DNA of 64,000 bases from an uncultured delta proteobacterium (lineage in GTDB: Bacteria > Desulfobacterota > Binatia > Binatales > Binataceae), in the NCBI GenBank assembly GCA_963842085.1, contig CAWJET010000001.1, forward strand, positions 713,565-777,564, read 5' to 3'. The notes below the pieces were generated by a model. The model was given only the letters and a program-made list of their open reading frames with translations, was not told the origin of the DNA and did not search any database. A program made the translations under genes and the position numbers. How positions within the stretch are numbered: position 1 is the first letter of the stretch; each line of letters begins with the position of its first letter. Shown here piece after piece: positions 56,631-64,000 of this stretch.

Positions 56631-57911
56631 ATGACGATCTCGTGGGAGGCGTTTCAGCAGGAGGCGCTTGACTGCTTGCGCGCGCTGGTCAGATTCGACA
56701 CCACCAACCCGCCCGGCAACGAACGAATCGCCGCCGATTACATGGCCGACGCGCTGGGCGCTCACGGCATCGAATCCGTAATCCGAGAAGGCGCTCCGAC
56801 GCGGGCCAACCTGGTCGCGCGCTATGTGGGCACGGATTCATCGGCGGGCGCGCTGCTGCTCTCGTCGCATACCGACGTAGTTCCGGTCGAGCGGTCGGGA
56901 TGGACGCGCGAGCCGTTCAGCGGCGAGATCGCCGAAGGCTGCTTATGGGGTCGCGGCTCGATCGACATGAAATCGAAATGCGCGATGGACCTCGTGATGA
57001 TGACCGCGATGAAGCGGGCGGGGGCGAAGCCGAATCGCGACGTGATACTGGCGGCAGTCGCGGACGAAGAGGCCGGCTCGGATTTTGGCGCGAAATTTCT
57101 GGTCGAGCGGCATCCCGAGCTGGTCCGCGCGGGCTACGTGTTGAACGAAGTCGGCGGCTTCACCGTTCATCTCAAGAACAAGCGCTTCTACCCGATCCAG
57201 GTGGCGGAGAAGGGTTTCGTCACGATCAAGATGAAGGTCACCGCGATGCCGGGGCATGGATCGATGCCGCGCACCGACACTGCGATCTCCAGAATTTCTG
57301 AGTTGATCACCAGGATCGTGCGGACGCCGATGCGCAAGAACGTCTCACCCTTCATGCGCAAGACGCTGGAGGAGATGGGCGTGCCGGTCGAATCGCCCGG
57401 ACCGCTATTTGCGCCGATGCTCTCCAACACCGTCTCGCCGACGATTCTGCGCGCCGGCTACAAGGACAACGTGATTCCCGGTGAGGCGACGATCGTGCTG
57501 GACGGGCGCACGCTGCCCGGCGAGGATCCCGAGAGCATCATGGCCGAACTGCGCCAGATCGTCGGTCCCGAGCCGACCTTCGAGTTGCTCAAGACCGCGC
57601 CGCCGGCCGAGACCAGTCCCGACACGCCGTTGTTCGAGTTGATCAAGCAGACCGTCGAGGCGGCCGACCCCGGCGCGCGCGCGATTCCCTGGATGATCCC
57701 CGGCGCGACCGACAGCAAGTTCTATTCAAAGCTCGGCGCCGCGTGTTACGGATTCTCGCCGGTCAAGCTCGAACCGCACATGCCGTTCGGCTCGCTCTAT
57801 CACGGCAACGACGAGCGCTTGCCGGTCGAGGGATTTTACTGGGGATTGAAGGTTTACGCCGAAGTGGTGCTGAAATTCCTCGGCATCAGGTTCGACGAAG
57901 TATTCGGATGA
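56631..57911 (+). CDS. M20-family metallopeptidase (ArgE/DapE/CPG2-like)
   Basis: ..LLSSHTDVVPV.. , ..GRGSIDMKS.. , ADEEAGSDFG metal-ligand motifs. Confidence 0.85.
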   Translation: MTISWEAFQQEALDCLRALVRFDTTNPPGNERIAADYMADALGAHGIESVIREGAPTRANLVARYVGTDSSAGALLLSSHTDVVPVERSGWTREPFSGEIAEGCLWGRGSIDMKSKCAMDLVMMTAMKRAGAKPNRDVILAAVADEEAGSDFGAKFLVERHPELVRAGYVLNEVGGFTVHLKNKRFYPIQVAEKGFVTIKMKVTAMPGHGSMPRTDTAISRISELITRIVRTPMRKNVSPFMRKTLEEMGVPVESPGPLFAPMLSNTVSPTILRAGYKDNVIPGEATIVLDGRTLPGEDPESIMAELRQIVGPEPTFELLKTAPPAETSPDTPLFELIKQTVEAADPGARAIPWMIPGATDSKFYSKLGAACYGFSPVKLEPHMPFGSLYHGNDERLPVEGFYWGLKVYAEVVLKFLGIRFDEVFG

Positions 57912-59516
57912 TCAGTTGGCGGCGCTGGTTTTGAGCGTTCCGGTCTGCGGCGTAAAGGTCATCAGCAGGCGCGGCGGCCCCTCGAGCGGCACCACGGCAA
58001 AATGCGCGACCGGTTGCATGCTCAAAGTGACGGTCGTTCCCGCCGAGCTGCTTGAAACGTTGCAATCCTTGAAGATCGACTTGTCGAACACGAGATGAGT
58101 CTGCAGACCGGGGTCGGGGGTCACGTCCTTGAGCACGACCGTCGCGGTCGAGCCGTCGGAATTGCTCTCAAGGTTTTTGTCGAAGCGGACGGGGCCGCTG
58201 AGCTCGAGAATCACCGACAGCGGCGGATCGTTCGATGACAGCCTGATCGTCTTGAGCGTCGCCGGGCCAGCCGTGGGCGGCTCGCTCAGGGACAACGGCG
58301 CAGCCGCATCCGCGCCCGCATTCATCTGATGCAGCGTCGGTTCCGGCGCAGACACCTGCGCTTCGGTGCCGGAATTCATCTGATGCAGCGCCGGCTCCGG
58401 TGCAGACGCCGGCGCTTCCGCAGGCGCCGCGGCGGCCAGATCGGTCATCGCACGCGCCTGCGCGTCAGCGGCGCCCGCGATGCTGCCGGTGGGCTTGGGC
58501 AATATCGGAGCGGGCGCACGCATCATATCAGGCCCGCCGGGCTTTCGGCTGGGCAGATCGGGCTGCGACGGATCGGGCGCGTGCGACGCCGCCGATGCGT
58601 CGAGGATCGGCAGTCCGTCGGGTCCATACGCCGACGAGCCGGCGGCGGACGCCACCTCGGTACCGCGCAGGTCGGAGCGCTGGCGCACTACTACTTTGTC
58701 CGCGTTCGAATCATTCGGATTTCCGCCGTAGCCGGTTTCCGCGAGCACCAGTGGAAGCGGATCTTCCTCGGTGTCGATCGGCTGGTGGAGCCTGGCCAGC
58801 TCGGTTTTGGCTCTTTTCGCGTAGATGGTGGTCGGAAAATGCTTTTCGACGGCGGCGAACGCCTGAGCTGCCGAGTAGCGCTTGCCTTCCTTCTCCAGCG
58901 AGACTCCGAGCTCGAACAAGGCGTCAGGGGCGACGGGAGTCTCGGGATATTTCTGCAGCAATTCGGCGAAGCGCGACTCCGCCGCGCGAAAGTTCGCGCG
59001 CTTGTAATAATAGTTGCCGACGATCATCTGGTTGCGTGCGAGCATCTCGCGGCATACCAGGATCTTGTCGTGCGCCAGCTCGGCGAAGTCGCCTTCCGGA
59101 AAGCGCTGTTCCAATTCCTGAAAGCGCTTGAGCGCCGCCTCGGTCTTGCCCTGGTCCTGGTCCTCGCGCCCCATCTGATCGTAGTAGCTCAGCCCGATGT
59201 AGTAGCTAACGAGCTCGAGGTTTTCGCTGGTCGGATGCATCCGCTCAAAGTCGTCGAGCGCGCCGATCGCTTCGGCGTAGTCCTTTTGCTGGTAGTAGGC
59301 GAGGCCGATCTTCATCTCGGCGTCTTCGGCGTAGGGGCTGAACGGGTACTTGTCGATCACCAGCTGATAATTTTCGATGGCGGCCTTGTACTCTTTGGTC
59401 GCAAAATCAAGTTGACCTTGCGCGTAGTAGTCTTCGCCGGTGGGCTTCTGGCGCAGACTGCAGGCAGCCGCAGGCAGCAACGCAAAAGCCACCGCTATCA
59501 ACAGCAAGCGTTTCAT
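57912..59516 (-). CDS. bamD: BamD-like TPR lipoprotein with long low-complexity C-terminal extension
   Basis: Lipoprotein signal MKRLLLIAVAFALLPAAAC. TPR helices with YfiO/BamD pattern (YYAQGQLDF..AIENYQLVIDKYPFSPYAEDAEMKIGLAYY). ~280-aa Pro/Ala-rich tail containing a tandem duplicated 18-aa unit. Confidence 0.7.
   Translation of the reverse strand: MKRLLLIAVAFALLPAAACSLRQKPTGEDYYAQGQLDFATKEYKAAIENYQLVIDKYPFSPYAEDAEMKIGLAYYQQKDYAEAIGALDDFERMHPTSENLELVSYYIGLSYYDQMGREDQDQGKTEAALKRFQELEQRFPEGDFAELAHDKILVCREMLARNQMIVGNYYYKRANFRAAESRFAELLQKYPETPVAPDALFELGVSLEKEGKRYSAAQAFAAVEKHFPTTIYAKRAKTELARLHQPIDTEEDPLPLVLAETGYGGNPNDSNADKVVVRQRSDLRGTEVASAAGSSAYGPDGLPILDASAASHAPDPSQPDLPSRKPGGPDMMRAPAPILPKPTGSIAGAADAQARAMTDLAAAAPAEAPASAPEPALHQMNSGTEAQVSAPEPTLHQMNAGADAAAPLSLSEPPTAGPATLKTIRLSSNDPPLSVILELSGPVRFDKNLESNSDGSTATVVLKDVTPDPGLQTHLVFDKSIFKDCNVSSSSAGTTVTLSMQPVAHFAVVPLEGPPRLLMTFTPQTGTLKTSAAN
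58320..58427. repeat. ~54-bp imperfect tandem duplication inside the bamD-like gene
   Basis: attcatctgatgcagcg(t/c)cgg(t/c)tccgg(c/t)gcagac(ac/g)c... x2, encoding PEP(A/T)LHQMN(S/A)G repeats. Confidence 0.6.
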
Positions 59517-59609
59517 CGAAGAGTCGCGAAAAGGTTAAACAACGCTGTCGGGCATTGCAATCCGCGCGCGATCCCCGGATTCGGGGCATAGCGGCAATAA
59601 GCGGCGGAT

Positions 59610-60263
59610 TCAGGGATTTTTGGACTCGCGCGGCCTGCGGAATGAGGCCGAAAAAACCGCCTTGCCCGCCGCGACGTACTTGCGTGCGAACCCGGTCCGC
59701 TCCGCACCGGGCGCGGCCTCGACTGCGCGGACGAACCCCGCGGTCTCCAGCATCGGGAAAATCTCGGCCGCATAATTGCGCACGTCGGTCGCGACGTAGG
59801 CGGTCGCCCCGGGCTCGACGGTGCGAAACAGGCTCGCGGCGAGCGTCGGCGTGAACAGCCGATGTTTGATGTGCCGCTCCTTGGGCCACGGGTCCGGATA
59901 GTAGATGTGGTACGCGCTGACACTCGCGTCCGGCAGCATCAGGTTGACCAGGGTGCGCGCGTCCATCCGCACGACGCGGAGATTGTCGAGTCCCGCGCGG
60001 CCGCATCGCACGGCCAGCACGCGCGTAATCGTCGCGGAGAGTTCGACCGCGATAAAGTCGCGCGCGGGAAACTCGGCTGCGCGCTCGATAATGAATTCGC
60101 CCTTGCCCGCGCCGATCTCGATTTCGATGGGCGCGCGGCGGCCGAACATCGCCTGCGGATCGATCGTGAAAACGCCGTCGTCGGGCGTGAACAGCACGCG
60201 CTCGCCAATTTCGCGCGCCTTGGGATTTCCCCAGATTCGCGCCGCTTTTCGAAGTCTCGCCAT
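59610..60263 (-). CDS. trmB: tRNA (guanine46-N7)-methyltransferase
   Basis: EIEIGAGKGEF, ..NLRVV.. , YIYYPDPWPKERHIKHRL motifs of TrmB. Confidence 0.85.
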   Translation of the reverse strand: MARLRKAARIWGNPKAREIGERVLFTPDDGVFTIDPQAMFGRRAPIEIEIGAGKGEFIIERAAEFPARDFIAVELSATITRVLAVRCGRAGLDNLRVVRMDARTLVNLMLPDASVSAYHIYYPDPWPKERHIKHRLFTPTLAASLFRTVEPGATAYVATDVRNYAAEIFPMLETAGFVRAVEAAPGAERTGFARKYVAAGKAVFSASFRRPRESKNP

Positions 60264-60379
60264 GAATCCATGACGATACCGCTCGCCACCGTATCCTCGC
60301 TACAGTCGGAGCCGCGCACACCTAACCCCTAACCTCTTCTCCAAATGGAAACGGGACCGGAGAGGAAAAAAGACCTTAC

Positions 60380-61825
60380 TCAATCGGGGCGCTTGAGAAA
60401 CGCGCGCACGCGATCGATTAGCGGCTTCAGGTCGGTGTTGTCGACCAGCGCACTCGCCATCCTGACCGGATCGCCGAAAAAGAATCGCTCATAAAGAACT
60501 TGCCGGCCGCCGAAGGCGCTGCACGCAACGTCCCACGCGAGCCGATAAAGCGCGACCCGGTCTTTTGCGGGCGCGTCCGCCGCACCGAAGTAGCGCTCGA
60601 TATCCGGCAGCTCGGCGGGATTTGCAAAGTCGCTTGACGATGGTGTCGCCATCAGCGAGCTCGAGCTGTTGAGCTGGATAATCTCGACCAGGCCCGGATA
60701 CAGCCGCGGAAAGAGATTCCGCGCGGTGTCGAGCGGCGCTCGCGCCGGCGTAAACACGCCCCACTTGTCGGGCGCGGCGTCAGCTTCGGCAGCGCGCAGG
60801 CACGCGCGCATCGTCTCGGTGGTCATGATCATCTCGGCCAGCCGCTCGCGTACGTGCTGCAACGGCATCGCGTCGCTGGCCTCGGCGATTCGCGCCGCCA
60901 GCCCGAGCAGGAACTCGCTCTTCGCGACATTTTTCACGACCACCTGGTGCATCATGTGCACGACCGCGCCGGTGCCCGCATACAGCGCGTTGCATCGCGC
61001 GACGTCGCCGCACAAAAACACGCGCTCCCACGGGACCAGCACGTTGTCGAACACGACCACCGCATCCATTTCGTCAAAGCGCGACGCGAGCGGGTGGTCG
61101 AAGCGCGAACGGCCCACGTCGTAAGTGTCGCGGCACAGGAACTTGAGGCCCTTGGCGTTGCAGTGGATGGCGAACGACAGCGCGAATGGTTCCGCCGCCG
61201 GCTCGGCCTTCAGCACCGTCGAGGGAAACACGAGCAGCTCCTCCGAGAGCGGCGCCAGCGTCGCCAGCATTCGGCAGCCGCTCACGACAATGCCGTCCTT
61301 GGTCTTCTCGACGAGCTTGAGCGCGAGGTCCGCGTCGGTATGTCCGGCCCAGCCCGCGGCGCGGCTCGCGCGCGGATTGACGAGGGTATGCGTCGCGCAC
61401 CAATCGTGATGGCGCGCCTGGATATAGTAGTTCCAGATGTTGTCGCCGTGGCGCGGATCGCTCTCGGCGAAAAAGTCGCGCGCTGCCGCCATCGCCGCGA
61501 GACTCACGTTGAGGTAATCCGGCGTGCGCCCGAGCATCCCGCAGCTGAAGTCGGCCCACGTCTTCATCATGCGCGTGCGCTTGCGCAGGTCGTCGGCGCT
61601 TTTGGGGATGATGAACGACATCCCCGCGCGACCGCCGTCGTCAGTGCGAAACGTCATCGTCTCCGGATGCTCCATCTGCATGTCGTAGAGCGACGCGACC
61701 GAGCGCGCGCAATTCGCAAACGCGGGATGAGCGGTGACGTCGCCGGCGCGCGCGCCGCCGATCCAGATCTCGGCGCCGAGCTTTTTCAACGACGACAGGT
61801 AATTGTTGCCCGAGCGCGCGCCCAT
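60380..61825 (-). CDS. HpaB-family FADH2-dependent aromatic hydroxylase (4-hydroxyphenylacetate 3-monooxygenase oxygenase-component-like)
   Basis: Start MGARSGNNYLSSLKKLGAEIWIGG, N-terminus ..VTAHPAFANCARSVASLYD.. like HpaB. 482 aa. ORF 60854..61834(+) is a shadow frame. Confidence 0.75.
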   Translation of the reverse strand: MGARSGNNYLSSLKKLGAEIWIGGARAGDVTAHPAFANCARSVASLYDMQMEHPETMTFRTDDGGRAGMSFIIPKSADDLRKRTRMMKTWADFSCGMLGRTPDYLNVSLAAMAAARDFFAESDPRHGDNIWNYYIQARHHDWCATHTLVNPRASRAAGWAGHTDADLALKLVEKTKDGIVVSGCRMLATLAPLSEELLVFPSTVLKAEPAAEPFALSFAIHCNAKGLKFLCRDTYDVGRSRFDHPLASRFDEMDAVVVFDNVLVPWERVFLCGDVARCNALYAGTGAVVHMMHQVVVKNVAKSEFLLGLAARIAEASDAMPLQHVRERLAEMIMTTETMRACLRAAEADAAPDKWGVFTPARAPLDTARNLFPRLYPGLVEIIQLNSSSSLMATPSSSDFANPAELPDIERYFGAADAPAKDRVALYRLAWDVACSAFGGRQVLYERFFFGDPVRMASALVDNTDLKPLIDRVRAFLKRPD

Positions 61826-61826
61826 T

Positions 61827-62720
61827 TCAGATGACCTCGTTGAGCAGCGGCAGGCGCTTGCGGATTCGTTCAGCGGCGTCGGCCGGCGCCATGTACGGCG
61901 GCCGCGCCGGGCCCATCTCGATTCCGGTCGCGACCGAGGCGGTGACCTTGGTGGTGCCGAGATGGCCAAGCGTTTCCTCGCCGCCGCGCGGGAAGCATCG
62001 ATTCAGCCGGCGCTGAATTTCCTCGGCGCGCCGGTAATCGCCCGCCTGGTACGCCTTGAGCAGGGCGACCGCGGCGGGCACCGCGAAAATATTGATGAAG
62101 CCGCCGGCCGCGCCGAGCATCAGCCCCGCCAGCATCGCGCGAAACGTATTATAGATGTCCGCGCGGCCGCCGACTTCGTCGTACAGCGCCTCGAGATGCT
62201 GCAAATCGGTCAGCACTTCCTTGAACGCCACGACGCCGGGAATCGTCGCCAGCTTGCCGGCAAACTTCGGCGTGATGTTGAACTTGCTGAGCGCGGGGTT
62301 GTGGTAGATGACGACGGGCAGGTCGCCCGCGTCGGTAATCATGCGGTAGTGTCGCTCGACTTCGGCTTCGCCGCATCGCCAGTAGTACGGCGGGATCACC
62401 TGTTGTGCGTCGTAACCCATGCGCGCCGCGATTTTCGCGTAGCGCAGAGTTTCGAGGGTAGTCGCGCCCGAGGTCATCGCAACCGCGGCGAGGCCGGCCC
62501 GTTTGCGGGTCTCTTCGATCACGATTTCGAACACGCGCGTGCGCTCGGCTTCATCCATATGCAGAAATTCGCCGATGCTCGGCGCGGCGACGACGCCATG
62601 CGCGCCCGCGGCAATCGCCCACTGAACTTCGCGCCGCAGCGCATCTTCGTTGAGCTGGCAGTCGTTTTCGTTGTGAAACGGCGTCACCAGCATCGCCAAA
62701 ACTCCATGTGCAAGTTTCAA
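61827..62720 (-). CDS. dihydrodipicolinate synthase (DapA/NAL) family lyase
   Basis: ..LAMLVTPFHNENDCQLNEDALRREVQW..GAHGVVAAPSIGEF.. Candidate Schiff-base Lys in the (alpha/beta)8 core; alignment needed to pinpoint it. TTG start at 62720 with GGAGGTG RBS, ATG alternative at 62693. Stop abuts the HpaB-like start. Confidence 0.7.
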   Translation of the reverse strand: MKLAHGVLAMLVTPFHNENDCQLNEDALRREVQWAIAAGAHGVVAAPSIGEFLHMDEAERTRVFEIVIEETRKRAGLAAVAMTSGATTLETLRYAKIAARMGYDAQQVIPPYYWRCGEAEVERHYRMITDAGDLPVVIYHNPALSKFNITPKFAGKLATIPGVVAFKEVLTDLQHLEALYDEVGGRADIYNTFRAMLAGLMLGAAGGFINIFAVPAAVALLKAYQAGDYRRAEEIQRRLNRCFPRGGEETLGHLGTTKVTASVATGIEMGPARPPYMAPADAAERIRKRLPLLNEVI

Positions 62721-62745
62721 ACGCGCACCTCCGGCTTGAGTCGCG

Positions 62746-63642
62746 CTAGGCTGCCTCGCGCTCGGCTCCATTGAAAGACGATTGAAAGAAAAAGATCGCC
62801 TGGCCGGTTCCGATCGCGGCTTCGTATTTTCCAAACTGCTCGCCGCGCCAGGTCCATGCGTCGCCACCCATCGCACCCGCCATCGTGATGTAATGCGAGA
62901 AGCGGCCCTCGGGCGAGCAGTGTGCGCGGTAGTCGTCGGCAGCGGCGAGGACGGCGTCATGCCGCCCGGCCTTGAACCATTCCATGATTCGTTCGTCGTA
63001 CAGGCGATTGGCGGTTGACGCGATGTCGTCGGGCGACGCCGATGCGCGGTCGAGTATTCGGTCGTAATCCCAGAACTTGTGCGACACCCCGCCCGACGCC
63101 ACGATCACGACCCGCCGATTCGATTTCCAGATAGCTTGTCCGATGGCTGCGCCGTACGCCAAATCGTTTTTGACCGACGCGGTTTGACACACGCTCACCG
63201 GGAGCACACGGCGGCGCGCCTCGTGATTGAAGTAGTGCATGACGTTGAGCGTTGGATAGTGTATCGGCAAGTTGGTATGCGCCGATGCAATCGCGCGAAT
63301 CCCGCGCTCCCGTGCCTCTTTCTCGACTCCGCGCGCAAGCTCGGGGTCGCCCCGATAATCATAGTCCAGGTCATGCAGCATCGCCGGCAGCTCTTCCGAT
63401 GTATACACACCCGACAGGCGCTCGTGAGCATTGAGCAAGTACTCCAAAGTAGAAAACCAGTGAGTATCGATTAGCAAGAAGGTATCGAAGTCGAGATGGC
63501 GCAGTCGCTCGCGCTCGAGCTTCGGCATCGCGTCGTAAAAAGTCGTGACGCTGCGCCCCATGTATGCGCGGCGCGCCATCGGATCGGCAATCATCAGCCG
63601 CGGAACGTGCGTGGTGAACACGGTCGCGACTACCTTACCCAT
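62746..63642 (-). CDS. class III extradiol ring-cleavage dioxygenase (LigB family; HpaD/AmnB-like)
   Basis: Start MGKVVATVFTTHVP, ..DTHWFS.. , ..VIVASGGVSHKF.. metal-ligand His pattern of LigB-type dioxygenases. Start overlaps the ALDH stop (ATGGGTAA). Confidence 0.8.
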   Translation of the reverse strand: MGKVVATVFTTHVPRLMIADPMARRAYMGRSVTTFYDAMPKLERERLRHLDFDTFLLIDTHWFSTLEYLLNAHERLSGVYTSEELPAMLHDLDYDYRGDPELARGVEKEARERGIRAIASAHTNLPIHYPTLNVMHYFNHEARRRVLPVSVCQTASVKNDLAYGAAIGQAIWKSNRRVVIVASGGVSHKFWDYDRILDRASASPDDIASTANRLYDERIMEWFKAGRHDAVLAAADDYRAHCSPEGRFSHYITMAGAMGGDAWTWRGEQFGKYEAAIGTGQAIFFFQSSFNGAEREAA

Positions 63643-64000
63643 CGTGCTCCTCCTCGCCATAGGCGACGCACACGAGTTTCGGCTCGGTCCAGAACTCCAT
63701 GCTGAAGCGGCCGCCCTGCCGACCGAGCCCGCTCATCTTGGCGCCTCCAAACGGGACGCGCAGATCGCGCAGGAAAAAACTGTTGACCCATACCATCCCG
63801 GTCCTGATCTCTTCCGCGACCCGCAGCGCGCGATCTACGTTCGACGTCCACACATAAGCGGCCAGGCCGAAGCGCGTCGCGTTCGCGCTCGCGATAGCCT
63901 GCGCCTCGTCGTCAAATCGTTCGACCGTCAGCACCGGCCCGAAAATTTCCTCGGACACGGCGCGCGACTGTGCATCGACGCCGTCGAGGATCGTGGGCAA
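63635..64000 (-). CDS. aldehyde dehydrogenase, C-terminal part (5' end beyond window)
   Basis: ..EEIFGPVL.. , ..ANATRFGLAAYVWT.. , ..GMVWVNS.. ALDH C-terminal motifs. TAA stop. Confidence 0.8.
   Translation of the reverse strand: MPTILDGVDAQSRAVSEEIFGPVLTVERFDDEAQAIASANATRFGLAAYVWTSNVDRALRVAEEIRTGMVWVNSFFLRDLRVPFGGAKMSGLGRQGGRFSMEFWTEPKLVCVAYGEEEHDG

Noticed and set aside
58329-59591. 420-aa plus-strand ORF across bamD-like
   Set aside because: Arg-rich shadow frame. The minus strand encodes a lipoprotein with TPR motifs.

Overview
This is a 64 kb high-GC (~65%) segment of a Gram-negative-type bacterial chromosome, carrying RND/TolC efflux, a BamD-like lipoprotein and a porin. It is mostly metabolic core genes but contains two accessory patches.

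Accessory patch 1 (about 23.5-34.8 kb): a complete IS3-family element with an A6G frameshift site has truncated a phosphoketolase gene. Next to it are an orphan sigma54 enhancer-binding protein, a CGNR zinc-finger gene, methyltransferases, VOC proteins, an HxlR-controlled DsbA/FAD-monooxygenase operon, and a lower-GC hypothetical gene. The patch also holds the 3' relic of a second CGNR gene and REP-like nested palindromes. It ends with excisionase and tyrosine integrase genes abutting a tRNA-Ser(GCU).

Accessory patch 2 (35.1-44.3 kb): a sulfur/selenium locus. Two adjacent genes carry in-frame TGA codons at conserved active-site positions, each followed by a SECIS-like hairpin: a PrdB/GrdB-family protein and a rhodanese with Sec in place of the catalytic Cys. 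Around them are a His-rich SAM methyltransferase, three c-type cytochromes, a TAT-exported sulfite-oxidase-family molybdoenzyme, a YeiH exporter, an ArsR/BigR-like regulator, a persulfide dioxygenase-rhodanese fusion and a porin.

Other points:
- There is a MaoC-CitE-ACAD acyl-CoA operon.
- A light-repair cluster (XRE-cupin regulator, class II photolyase, YbgA-like) carries a premature in-frame TAG in the photolyase. An SDR-DUF2867 fusion gene nearby is split by a second in-frame TAG.
- An SDR gene relic sits in one intergenic region.
- The window ends in an aromatic-catabolic cluster (HpaB-like, DHDPS-like, LigB, ALDH).

No CRISPR array, rRNA or obvious defense island was found. The most system-like candidate for something new is the selenoprotein pair within the sulfur locus.
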